Shown: one piece after another, positions 27,101 to 35,104 of the stretch | How the letters are laid out: every line of letters starts with the position of its first letter | Position numbering within the stretch: the first letter of the stretch is position 1 | Assembly (NCBI GenBank): GCA_035544895.1 | Contig: DASZZM010000092.1 | Span: 5,852-69,851 of the forward strand | DNA length: 64,000 nucleotides | From: Thermoanaerobaculia bacterium | Lineage (GTDB): Bacteria > Acidobacteriota > Thermoanaerobaculia > Multivoradales > UBA5704 | Reading direction: 5' to 3' | The notes under the pieces: model-generated | What the model saw: only the letters and a program-made list of their open reading frames with translations | Database searches by the model: none | Told to the model about the DNA's origin: nothing | Program-made: the position numbers and the translations under genes

Positions 27101-28338
27101 CGCGTTTTCCAACACGCGTGGAGTCCATTACCGACCAGGCGGACGGCTTCCGGGCCAGCTTCACTCAAAGGGCGGGCGGGCGTTACTTCGCCGCGGGCGC
27201 CAGTTCGATCGTCGAGCCGGGTCTGGGCATCACGCGAGCGACGAAGTTGCAGGTGCAGGACACCGACTATCTGATCGTAGCTCCTCGTTCACTCGTCAGC
27301 GCGGCCGGCGATCTTGCGAAATACCGGCGAAGCAGCGGTTTCTCGCCCCTCGTCGTCAGCCTCGAGGACGTTTATGACGAGCTCGGGGAAGGCATCGCAA
27401 GCCCGGAAGCCCTCAAGTCGTTTCTTGCGCAATTCAGCTACTCCGCGCAAGGGGAAGTGCGCTACGTGGTGCTGGTCGGCAAAGGCACCTTCGACTACAA
27501 GGACTATCTCAAAGTGGGTGGGAACTTGATGCCGCCGTTGCTCGGGTCGACGCCCTTCGGTCTTTACGCTGAGGACAGCCTTTTTGCACCGCTCGCAAAT
27601 GGGGCGCCCACGCTCAGCATCGGCCGGTTGCCGGTCGTCGGCGCGGCAGAGCTGACGGGGTACGTGGCGAAGCTGCAGGCCTATGAGCATGGAGCGCATC
27701 AGCCGTGGATGTCCCGGATCGTCTTGTCGGCCGACAGCGCCGGCGCCAGTGGAAATTTCCCGAGTGACAGCGAGGCGTTGGTGCCGTTACTACCAGCCGG
27801 CTTGGCCGTCGATCGCGTGTATCTGACGGGCGATCCGGCACAGATCGGCGCAGAGCGCTCAGCCCTTCTCAACGACCTCGCCAAGGGAGCCTTGCTCTGG
27901 AACTACGTGGGGCACGGTGCGCTGGATCGCCTTTCGGCGGAGAGCCTTTTCACCAATGCCGATGCACCCGCCCTGAACAACGCCGGCAGGCTGCCCGCTT
28001 TGGTCGCGATGACGTGTTCGGTCGGTCGATTCGAGGTCCCGGGCTTCGTGTCCCTGGCCGAGACCCTGGTCGTCGGCCAGGACAAGGGCGCAATCGTTGC
28101 CTGGGTTCCCGCCGGCTTGTCGGTCGATGCGGAGGCGGCGACGCTCAATCGAGCTCTCTTCGAGCAGCTTTTCGGTGCCCGTAACTCTCCGGTGAGCTTC
28201 GGCCAGGCGGTGGTGGCGGTGCTCCGGAAGTATGGACAGTCCGCGGCCCCTGAGCCATTCATGCGGACGCTGTACAACGTGATCGGCGATCCCGCGGTGC
28301 ATCTGCGAACCGGCGCCCGCAGCAACGTTGTACAGTGA
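24196..28338 (+). CDS. giant secreted protein: Gly-rich N-terminal repeat region plus C-terminal peptidase C25 (gingipain-like) domain
   Basis: Signal peptide MSVRCHCLFAKFLACGLAVVFS; about 550 aa of GGxGG/Asn-rich repeats; C25 hallmarks DTDYLIVAPRSL...LAKYRR..GFSPLVVSLEDVYDE, catalytic His WNYVGHGALDRL and Cys LPALVAMTCSVGRFE about 34 residues apart (clan CD spacing); AGGAG RBS. Confidence 0.8.
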   Translation: MSVRCHCLFAKFLACGLAVVFSHSAPAAPLCATPGKDGVGTAITGIVNSYFPGTGTPAAGNTSLTVGARAGAAANIASGDLVMVIQMQDATINGSNDTDYGRTGGNGAGSTINNSGLYEFVKATSAVGAGGGTLTFVGAGANSGLVNSYATAAASATRGQRTYQVIRVPQYTGVSLAGGLTALAWNGSAGGVLAIDASGPLSWNGATVDVSGLGFRGGGGVLKTGGAGGANTDYRTVSTNAFNGAKAEGIAGTPIDMWSGTALVHGPAEGYPNGAYARGAPGNAGGGGTDGDPPANDENSGGGGGGNGGVGGQGGNSWRSNLAVGGLGGDAFANAGGRLAMGGGGGSGTLNNGDDNAGNTGLLSNGGLGGALVHFRFNTTAGTGTLRSDGTAGANIGRDGAAGGGAGGTIFAAGCAGLSGLTAQARGGAGGNVHWALSDGNDPPGYSRDDHGPGGGGAGGAVLTSAAATTAVTGGAHGGSGKPESGIANVAYGSTSGAAGTVSATITAASPSGVAAGCTCSPTAAVVVSLRAVEEPGGVVVHWETRGEDGTAGFDLYRLSSESGQFERVNDSLLVAPPGEVQGGAYSLVDPQAQPGAAHTYRLIEREAGGVERVFGPWQVEIERPVAAPDAARAGREYGASPRERDAALLERLAAAERDFAAESGFAMFATRESGELRGAALDSPQAKDLPRLRLAVDGDGIYFVSSLHAGQQLGLTESQVASLISAGSLRLTSRGQEVAWLPVAGGFYFYAQAIDSIYTRTNVYMAQFGQKGKQIVSSAPPPARPATASQSFLERLHAEQENFAATAVARDPASDYWFWDFVIAGDPTYGTRTFTIDVPDLAGASPGALQVSLFGATDTPAAQDHHAHMRLNGADVGDVRFDGIGSFSSSFSLPPGLLRAGANSVEVSGILDSGAPYSIFYVDSFDLTYPRLYRARSDRLELTASSDAVATIAGFSSGKITVFDVSNARFPTRVESITDQADGFRASFTQRAGGRYFAAGASSIVEPGLGITRATKLQVQDTDYLIVAPRSLVSAAGDLAKYRRSSGFSPLVVSLEDVYDELGEGIASPEALKSFLAQFSYSAQGEVRYVVLVGKGTFDYKDYLKVGGNLMPPLLGSTPFGLYAEDSLFAPLANGAPTLSIGRLPVVGAAELTGYVAKLQAYEHGAHQPWMSRIVLSADSAGASGNFPSDSEALVPLLPAGLAVDRVYLTGDPAQIGAERSALLNDLAKGALLWNYVGHGALDRLSAESLFTNADAPALNNAGRLPALVAMTCSVGRFEVPGFVSLAETLVVGQDKGAIVAWVPAGLSVDAEAATLNRALFEQLFGARNSPVSFGQAVVAVLRKYGQSAAPEPFMRTLYNVIGDPAVHLRTGARSNVVQ

Positions 28339-28383
28339 TTGCAAAGCCGCCGGAGGCCGCACCGCCTCCTATAATACGGCCCC

Positions 28384-28809
28384 ATGGGTGCGGAGGCGGA
28401 GAAGATCGAGGAGAGACTGCGCAGCTTCCTCTCCGCCAGGGCTGAGGCGGAGGGGCTCGCCGCGGCATATCTCTTCGGCAGCGTCGCTCGCGGGACCGCC
28501 CGCCCGGAAAGCGACATCGACGTCGGGGTGCTGTACCGCGACGATCCACCCGCTTCTCTCGAAGGTCTTCCCGTTCGTCTCGAGGCCGATCTCGCAAAGC
28601 TCCTCCACCGTCCGGTGCAGGTGGTCGTCCTCAACCGTGCCCCGGTAGACCTTGTCCAGCGAGTGCTTCAGCACGGCAAGCTGCTGCTCGACCGCGACAG
28701 CTTCCGTCGCATCCGCTTCGAGGTCCGGACGCGCCAGGAGTTCTGGGATCTGGAGCCATACCTGCGCCAGTACCGCAGGATGGGTGGCGGAGACCGTGAC
28801 CGGTCCTGA
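28384..28809 (+). CDS. nucleotidyltransferase-domain antitoxin (MNT)
   Basis: AAYLFGSVARGTARPESDIDVGVLY is the GSxxRGxxxxxSDxD minimal nucleotidyltransferase motif. Confidence 0.75.
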   Translation: MGAEAEKIEERLRSFLSARAEAEGLAAAYLFGSVARGTARPESDIDVGVLYRDDPPASLEGLPVRLEADLAKLLHRPVQVVVLNRAPVDLVQRVLQHGKLLLDRDSFRRIRFEVRTRQEFWDLEPYLRQYRRMGGGDRDRS

Positions 28810-29230
28810 TCTCGCACTCGTCGCCAAGAAGCTGGCGCTGATCGAGACGTGCGTCGAGGAGCTGCGCACGCTGGGTCATCCTGAGCGTATTCGCTCCGAC
28901 CTTCGCGAGGAGCGTTTCTTCGAGCACACTCTCCAGATCGCCATTCAATCCATTCTCGACGTCGCGTCCCACATCGTTTCCGAGCGGCGCCTAGGCGAGC
29001 CGCGCAGCAACCACGAGCTCGTGGATCTGCTGGCTCGCCACGCTTGGATCGACATGGATCTGGCCTCCACCCTGCACCAGATGATCGGCTTTCGCAACAT
29101 CCTGGTCCATGGCTACGATAGCGTCGATCTCTCGATCCTCGAGGAGGTCGTGCGCAACCGGCTGGACGATCTCCTTGCCTTTGCAAGCGCAATCAGGAGG
29201 CGGATCTCTCATTCACCCGGTAACGGGTGA
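28784..29230 (+). CDS. HepT-like ribonuclease toxin (DUF86)
   Basis: MIGFRNILVHGYDSVD contains the HepT Rx4HxY motif; GTG start overlapping the MNT stop (coupled pair). Confidence 0.7.
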   Translation: MAETVTGPDLALVAKKLALIETCVEELRTLGHPERIRSDLREERFFEHTLQIAIQSILDVASHIVSERRLGEPRSNHELVDLLARHAWIDMDLASTLHQMIGFRNILVHGYDSVDLSILEEVVRNRLDDLLAFASAIRRRISHSPGNG

Positions 29231-29260
29231 GCTCGCCCAGGAGGAGCCCCAACAGGAGCC

Positions 29261-30259
29261 ATGAAAGCGGTGCGCGGGGATAAGACGGAGGCGGGACCAG
29301 TCGTCGACGGCGCGGGCATCGCCGGCGCCTATGAGGTCATCAAGCCGTACGTGCGGGTGACCCCAACCGTCGCCGCCGGCGGCGCGGACTTCGGGCTGCC
29401 GCCCTTCCCGCTGACCCTAAAGCTCGAGCAGCTGCAATACGCCGGATCGTTCAAGACGCGCGGCGCCTTCGCGAACCTTCTCCTGCGCGAGGTTCCAGCG
29501 GCGGGGGTCGTCGCCGCTTCGGGCGGCAATCACGGCGTCGCCGTGGCTTATGCCGCGATGCGCCGAGGCGTGCGCGCCAAGATCTTCGTCCCCGGCGTCG
29601 CCTCGCCCGCCAAGACCGCGAGCATCCGGGCCTATGGCGCCGATCTGACCATCGTCGGCGAGCGCTATGCGGACGCGCTGGAGGCGGCGGACGCCTGGGC
29701 CGACCGGACGGGGGCGCTCTCCGTGCACGCTTTCGACCAGGTGGAGACGATGCTGGGCGCGGGGACGGTCGGCATGGAGCTCGCGAGGCAGGTCCCCGGC
29801 CTCGACACCGTCCTGGTCGCCGTCGGAGGCGGCGGGTTGATCGGCGGGATCGCCGCCTGGTACGCGGCGCAAACCACAGGCGGCAGCCGAGCCGTCCGGA
29901 TCATCGGCGTCGAGCCCGAGGCCGCACCGACCTTGACCGCGGCGCTCGCGGCCGGCCGGCCGGTCGACGCCCCTGCGGGCGGCATCGCCGCGGACTCTCT
30001 CGCGCCCCGCCGCGTCGGCGAGCTGATGTTCCCGATCGCGCGGTCTCACGTCGATTCCGTGCTTCTGGTCGGCGACGACGCGATCCGCCGCGCCCAGCAG
30101 GCCCTCTGGGACGGCGTCAGGGTGGTCGTCGAGCCGGGGGGCGCGGCTGCTCTCGCCGCGCTGCTTTCCGGCGCCTACGAGCCGGCGGCGGCGGAACGGG
30201 TCGGCATCGTGGTCAGCGGCGGAAATACCACCGCGGTCGATTTCTCCACCCGGCGATGA
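29261..30259 (+). CDS. PLP-dependent threonine/serine dehydratase family protein
   Basis: AGSFKTRGAFANLL (PLP lysine motif), GGNHG, GGGGLIGG glycine loop. Confidence 0.8.
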   Translation: MKAVRGDKTEAGPVVDGAGIAGAYEVIKPYVRVTPTVAAGGADFGLPPFPLTLKLEQLQYAGSFKTRGAFANLLLREVPAAGVVAASGGNHGVAVAYAAMRRGVRAKIFVPGVASPAKTASIRAYGADLTIVGERYADALEAADAWADRTGALSVHAFDQVETMLGAGTVGMELARQVPGLDTVLVAVGGGGLIGGIAAWYAAQTTGGSRAVRIIGVEPEAAPTLTAALAAGRPVDAPAGGIAADSLAPRRVGELMFPIARSHVDSVLLVGDDAIRRAQQALWDGVRVVVEPGGAAALAALLSGAYEPAAAERVGIVVSGGNTTAVDFSTRR

Positions 30260-30265
30260 CCCCCA

Positions 30266-30961
30266 TCAGCGGCAACAGTGGGCGAGGGCGGCACGGTCGA
30301 GGACGCGGATGCGGTGGTCGCCGTCCACCGCGATGTAACCGCGCTGCTTGAAGTCGCCGATGGCCTGGTTGACGCGCTCGCGCGAGGCGCCCACGATCTC
30401 GCCCAGGTCGCTCTGGGTGAGGCGCAGCGGGATGCGGGCTTCCCCGCCGGCGCCCGGCCTGCCGTAGCGGTCGGCCAGCGCCAGGATCTGGCGCGCCACA
30501 CGGCCCGGCACGTCGAGGGTGCAGAGCGCCAGAATCTGCTCGTTGGCAAAACGCAGGCGATGCGACAGCAGGCGGACCAGGTTATTGGCCAGAGGAGCGA
30601 GGCTGCGGACGCAGGCGTGGAAAGTCGAGCGGTCCAGCCACAGCAGTTGCGACGGCTCCGTGGTCACCACGTTGGCGGAGCGCCCGGCGCTGTCCATCAG
30701 GCTCATCTCGCCGACCGTGTCACCCGGCCCGAGAAAGGCCAGGATCACCTCGCGGCCATCCGCCCGGCTGACGTAGATCTTCACCGTCCCGTCGAGCAGC
30801 ACGTACACGACCTCGCCCGGCTGCTCGGCGGTGATGAAGTGGGCTCCCGCCGGCACCGCCGAGGCATGCAGCAGCCCGTTGAGATGGGCGAGCTCCTCCG
30901 TGCTGAGCCCCTGGAACAGCTCCAGCTCTCCCAGCCGATTCGCGTCTTTCACCGCGGGCAT
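30266..30961 (-). CDS. Crp/Fnr family transcriptional regulator
   Basis: cNMP-binding beta-barrel (GEVVYVLLDGTVKIY...GPGDTVGEMSLMD) plus C-terminal HTH (LRLTQSDLGEIVGASRERVNQAIGDFKQRGYI). Confidence 0.8.
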   Translation of the reverse strand: MPAVKDANRLGELELFQGLSTEELAHLNGLLHASAVPAGAHFITAEQPGEVVYVLLDGTVKIYVSRADGREVILAFLGPGDTVGEMSLMDSAGRSANVVTTEPSQLLWLDRSTFHACVRSLAPLANNLVRLLSHRLRFANEQILALCTLDVPGRVARQILALADRYGRPGAGGEARIPLRLTQSDLGEIVGASRERVNQAIGDFKQRGYIAVDGDHRIRVLDRAALAHCCR

Positions 30962-31068
30962 CGTTTGCCTCTATCGTAGAACAAAAAGGGCGCTGCTCTC
31001 GCTCTGCGGGCGGTCCCTGCCCCAGCACCGTCCCGGACCTGAGAAACCCCTTCGCTGACTCTTTACTG

Positions 31069-32220
31069 CTACCGCCCCAGCAGGCCGGCGAGCACTTCGA
31101 CGCCGCGCTCGACGACGTCGGGGGGGGCGGCGGTGAAGCAGAGGCGGACGTGGTGGGGGTAGGGGCCGAAGCTGGGGCCGGGGGCGACGAAAAGGCCGCG
31201 CTCGACGCAGTCCTCGAGGAAGCCGCCCAGGCCGCGCTCGTCGAGACGGTCCGCGACGTCGAGGAACAGGAAGGTGCTGCCGCCCGGCGGCTCGAGCCCC
31301 AGGCGCGCCGCGACGCGCTCGCCGATGGCCTGGTATTGCGCACGGGCCTGGGCGATCCACGGCTCTCCGAGGCCGGAGAGCACCCGCAGGGCGGCGATCT
31401 GCGACGCGGTCGGCGTGCTGTAGAAGCTGTGCAGACCGACCTTGCGCAGCTCCACCATGGCGGTGGCAGGACCGATCACGAAGCCGCAGCGGTTGCCCGC
31501 CATGCCGTAGGCCTTGGAGAAGGAGTGGACCGCGAAGGTGCGCTCAGGGGCGAGCGGCCGGCTGTAGGTGTGCTCGCCGCCATAGACATAGTCCTCGTAG
31601 ACCTCGTCGGCCATCACCCAGAGGTCTTGCCGCGATGCCCAGGCGATCAGGGCCTCGACCCAGGTGCGCGGCAGGACCTGCCCGGTGGGATTGCAAGGAG
31701 TGTTCAGGTAAAGCGCAATCGTGCGCTCGCCCAGGTAGGAGGCCGCCACTTCCACGGCGCTCTCCGGCGAGTCGGCGACGCCGAAAAACGGAACCTCGAC
31801 CGGCACGCCGCGGAACGAGCGGACGATGCCGGAGATCAGCGGCCAGTGCGGCGAGAGCACCAGCACTTCGTCGCCGGGGCCGACAATCGCCCCGGCCACG
31901 GCGCCCAGGGCACCGGTGGCTCCAGTGGCGATCAAGACGTTGTCCCGCTCGGTGGGAACGCCGCTGCGCCCGCGGGTCTGTTCGACGATCGCGTCGAGCA
32001 GCGCCGGCATACCTTGGGGCGGAGCGTAACGATGCATTCCGGGCCACTCGGCCACTTTGAGGTCCTCCATGCGGCATCCTTCCGGAGGCTCCATCCAGGT
32101 ATCTCCGACGTGCAGCGGATAGACCTCGCCCTGGTGGCAAGCCAGGCGGTGGGCGAGCGCCGAATAGACGTTGCCGGCGATATCGCCCACCGAAGGGGAG
32201 AATGCGGGGTGGCGCGGCAT
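31069..32220 (-). CDS. pyridoxal-phosphate-dependent aminotransferase (class I/II)
   Basis: ...ADEVYEDYVY...HSFSKAYGMAGNRCGF... carries the PLP lysine in the SFSK context. Confidence 0.85.
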   Translation of the reverse strand: MPRHPAFSPSVGDIAGNVYSALAHRLACHQGEVYPLHVGDTWMEPPEGCRMEDLKVAEWPGMHRYAPPQGMPALLDAIVEQTRGRSGVPTERDNVLIATGATGALGAVAGAIVGPGDEVLVLSPHWPLISGIVRSFRGVPVEVPFFGVADSPESAVEVAASYLGERTIALYLNTPCNPTGQVLPRTWVEALIAWASRQDLWVMADEVYEDYVYGGEHTYSRPLAPERTFAVHSFSKAYGMAGNRCGFVIGPATAMVELRKVGLHSFYSTPTASQIAALRVLSGLGEPWIAQARAQYQAIGERVAARLGLEPPGGSTFLFLDVADRLDERGLGGFLEDCVERGLFVAPGPSFGPYPHHVRLCFTAAPPDVVERGVEVLAGLLGR

Positions 32221-32352
32221 CGCCAGATGCTATCGCAAGAGCTCTTTGCGCGGTCGAAGCTCCGGGTTGCCCGGGAGCTCCGCGATCTCACCGGCGCGGG
32301 CAGAAAGATGCCGCGGTTTCAGGTAGGATTCCGAATAACTACCTTGTTCGCA

Positions 32353-34626
32353 ATGAGATCGCAATTGCGCGCCAATCGAAACATCCGAACCACACTCGCC
32401 CTGATGCTGATCCCTGGCATCGCGCTCCTGCTGTACTTCCAGGGGGTGTACGCCGTTTCGAGCGCCGCGCGGCGGGTCGGTTTCCTGCCAGCCGAGTCCC
32501 CGGGAGGGCTGCGCGTCGGCGCGCTCCAGCCGGGGTTGCCGGCAGAACGCGCGGGCCTGCGCCGCAACGACCTGATCGTGGCCGTCGACGGCAGGGCAAT
32601 CGAAGGCGACCTCTCCTACCAGCGGGTGGCGCGCCAGTACCAACCGGGCAAGCCGGTCCACATGCGCATCCTCCGGCAGGGACGGCCCCTGGACATCACG
32701 GTCCGCCCCGGAGTCCCTTTCCCGTACTTGACCTTCTCGCTCAACCTTTTGGCCGCGCTGGGGTTCCTCGCCGTCGGTCTGCTCGCCCTCGGCCAGGGCT
32801 TGCGCGACCTGCGCACCCGGCTCCTCTTCGGATTCACCGCGGCCGTGGCCGTCGAGCTGGTCTTGCCAATCAACGTCATCGGCAGCGCCTGGCTGCGCGC
32901 CGCCGCGCTGTGCGCCTGGTACCTGCTGACCGGACTGCAGATCGGCCTCGAGCTGCACATGGCTTCGCTGATCCCCGAGCGGCACGCCTGGCTGCGCGGC
33001 CGCCGCTGGGTGGTCCCGCTCTACTACCTGGTCGGGCTCGGCCTGGGCGGCGCAAGCTGCGCCTCCTATGTCGCCGACGAGATCCTGGGCGCCCGCGTCT
33101 TGCCCTGGACCTCGGATCAGATCGATTCGCTGCTCTCGAACTTCGGGCTGCCGCTCTGGGGCGCCGTGGTCTCGCTCCTGCTGGCGAGCCAGGCGCTGCG
33201 CTATCCCGAGCCCCGGGGGCGGCACCAGGCCGGCCTGGTCCTCTCCGCGGTGATTCCCTGGTTTCTCCTGGCAACCACCCAGTCGGCGCTCAACCTGCTC
33301 GGGCTGCCGAGCCCGAACTGGCTCAACGCGGCCCAGTCGCTGATCCTGCTCCTCTATCCGCTGGCGCTGTTTGCGGCCGTCTACCTTTACAACCTGTTCG
33401 ACATCGAGCTGGTGGTCCGCCGTAGCCTGCTTTTCTCCACGCTTTCCGGCGCCCTCGTCGTGGTCTTCTATGCCGCCCTGGGCGGCGCGGGCCTGCTTTT
33501 CCCGCGCCTGGCACGCGGCACCCACTCGGTATCGGCGGTCGCCGTCGCCATGCTGCTGCTCGGGCTGCTCTTCGCTCCGCTGCGGCGCATTGCCCACCGG
33601 CTGATCGACCGCCAGTTCTTTCCCGAGCGCCACGAGATGCGCCAGCGCCTCATCGGCCTCGCCGGCGAGTTGCCGGCGCTCGGCAAGCTGCCGCGCATGG
33701 GGCAATACCTGGTGTCGCGGCTGGCCGAGATCTTCCACTCGCGTTCGGTGGTTCTCCTCATCGCCAGCCCCGAGACCGGCCTGCTCGACCTCCTGGCGAC
33801 CACCGGCGACGAGTGGCACGAGGCGGCGCGCAAATCCCTCCTGGCGCCGCTCGACGATCCCGGTATCGAAGCGCTGATGAGGAGCCCGCGGCCTCTCTCG
33901 GCGGCACAGCTGGCGCGCCGCAGCCCGACCCTCGCCCACCGCCTGGCCGGGCTCGCTCCAAGCGGCCTGGCCGTGCCGCTGCTCAGAAACGATCGTTTGA
34001 TCGGCGCCCTGGTGGTGGGCGACAAGGCCGGCGGCCAGGGCTATCCTTCCGAAGAGCAGGATCTGCTGACGCTGCTCGCCCACCACGTGGCCTCGGTGTT
34101 CGAGAACGCGCGTCTGTTCGAGTCGGCGACCTACGAGAGCCTGACCGGCCTGCTGCGCCGCGAGGCCATCCTCGAGCAGCTGGAGCGCGAACTGGAGCGC
34201 GCGCTGCGCTACGGCCGGCCGCTCACCCTGGCGATGGCCGACCTCGACTATTTCAAGGGCGTCAACGACCGCTACGGTCACCTCGCCGGCGACACGCTGC
34301 TCAAGGCCATCGCTCAGGCAGTCGCGGCCGGAGTGCGCAGCACCGACCTGATCGGGCGCTACGGCGGCGAGGAGTTCCTGCTGGTGCTGCCGGAAACCGA
34401 TATCGCCGGGGGGGCAAGCGTGGCCGAGAAGATCCGCACCCTGGTCCAGAAGACCGCCGTGCCGATGGACGACGGCTCTCTCTTGCGGGTCACCATCTCG
34501 ATCGGTCTGGCCGCGGTCAGCGATCACGAGAAACTCACGGCCCGCCACCTCATCGCGGCAGCCGACCGTTCCCTCTACGAGGCCAAGAACAGCGGCCGCA
34601 ACCGCGTCTACCCCCTGGTCGCTTAA
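32353..34626 (+). CDS. membrane sensor diguanylate cyclase (PDZ plus multi-TM plus GAF-like plus GGDEF)
   Basis: Real part of listed ORF 31150..34626 from MRSQLRANRNIRTTLALMLIP; PDZ (GLRRNDLIVAVDGRAI), about 8 TM helices, C-terminal GGDEF (RYGGEEFLLVLPETD...SIGLA..., DxLTGL). The opposite-strand ORF 32230..34638 is antisense. Confidence 0.8.
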   Translation: MRSQLRANRNIRTTLALMLIPGIALLLYFQGVYAVSSAARRVGFLPAESPGGLRVGALQPGLPAERAGLRRNDLIVAVDGRAIEGDLSYQRVARQYQPGKPVHMRILRQGRPLDITVRPGVPFPYLTFSLNLLAALGFLAVGLLALGQGLRDLRTRLLFGFTAAVAVELVLPINVIGSAWLRAAALCAWYLLTGLQIGLELHMASLIPERHAWLRGRRWVVPLYYLVGLGLGGASCASYVADEILGARVLPWTSDQIDSLLSNFGLPLWGAVVSLLLASQALRYPEPRGRHQAGLVLSAVIPWFLLATTQSALNLLGLPSPNWLNAAQSLILLLYPLALFAAVYLYNLFDIELVVRRSLLFSTLSGALVVVFYAALGGAGLLFPRLARGTHSVSAVAVAMLLLGLLFAPLRRIAHRLIDRQFFPERHEMRQRLIGLAGELPALGKLPRMGQYLVSRLAEIFHSRSVVLLIASPETGLLDLLATTGDEWHEAARKSLLAPLDDPGIEALMRSPRPLSAAQLARRSPTLAHRLAGLAPSGLAVPLLRNDRLIGALVVGDKAGGQGYPSEEQDLLTLLAHHVASVFENARLFESATYESLTGLLRREAILEQLERELERALRYGRPLTLAMADLDYFKGVNDRYGHLAGDTLLKAIAQAVAAGVRSTDLIGRYGGEEFLLVLPETDIAGGASVAEKIRTLVQKTAVPMDDGSLLRVTISIGLAAVSDHEKLTARHLIAAADRSLYEAKNSGRNRVYPLVA

Positions 34627-34946
34627 TGGATCCGGCAAAGCTTCTCACCGAGGTGCGGCGCCTGCCGGACGAACGGCACCTGCAGCTGACCTGGAGCGAC
34701 GGGCACAGCGCGGAGTACGCCTACGACTTCCTGCGCGGCTGGTGCCCGTGCGCCGCCTGCCAGGGGCACTCCGGCCTCGAGATCCTCTATCATCCGCCGC
34801 CGTCGCCGGTCACCGCGCGATCCATTCAACCCGTCGGCAACTACGCGATCTCCATCGGCTGGTCGGATGGGCATGGTACAGGCATCTACCGCTTCGAGTT
34901 CCTGCGCGAGATCTGTCCCTGCGGCCAGTGCTCAACTACTTCTTAA
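34626..34946 (+). CDS. DUF971 zinc-binding small protein
   Basis: MDPAKLLTEVRRL...WSDGHSAEYAYDFLRGWCPCAAC...GWSDGHGTGIYRFEFLREICPCGQC has two CxC/CxxC pairs typical of DUF971; ATG overlaps the GGDEF stop (TAATG). Confidence 0.7.
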   Translation: MDPAKLLTEVRRLPDERHLQLTWSDGHSAEYAYDFLRGWCPCAACQGHSGLEILYHPPPSPVTARSIQPVGNYAISIGWSDGHGTGIYRFEFLREICPCGQCSTTS

Positions 34947-34970
34947 TTGGCGCCGCCCAGTGGCCCCGAA

Positions 34971-35095
34971 GCATGAAACAGCGCTCGCTAGCTGGCGATG
35001 GCGGCCTCAGATCTATCGGATCGCCCCCCGCAACCCCTCGATCCCCTTCCCTCCCCTCCGGGGGGGAAGGGGACGCCCCCACCCCTGACGCACGA
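34971..35095 (+). repeat. REP/MITE-like hairpin repeat, copy B (full length)
   Basis: catgaaacagcgctcgctagctggcgatggcggcctcagatctatcggatcgccccccgcaacccctcgatccccttccctcccctccgggggggaaggggacgcccccacccctgacgcacg; stem CCCCTTCC/GGAAGGGG. Confidence 0.75.
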
Positions 35096-35104
35096 ACGAG
35101 ATTA

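Noticed and set aside
24721-27168. 815-aa minus-strand ORF
   Set aside because: Antisense to the C25 peptidase gene; produced by GC-rich codon bias, no motifs.
32230-34638. 802-aa minus-strand ORF
   Set aside because: Antisense to the PDZ-TM-GGDEF gene, which has clear domain motifs; the minus translation is low-complexity (R/G/A/E-rich) with no recognisable domain.
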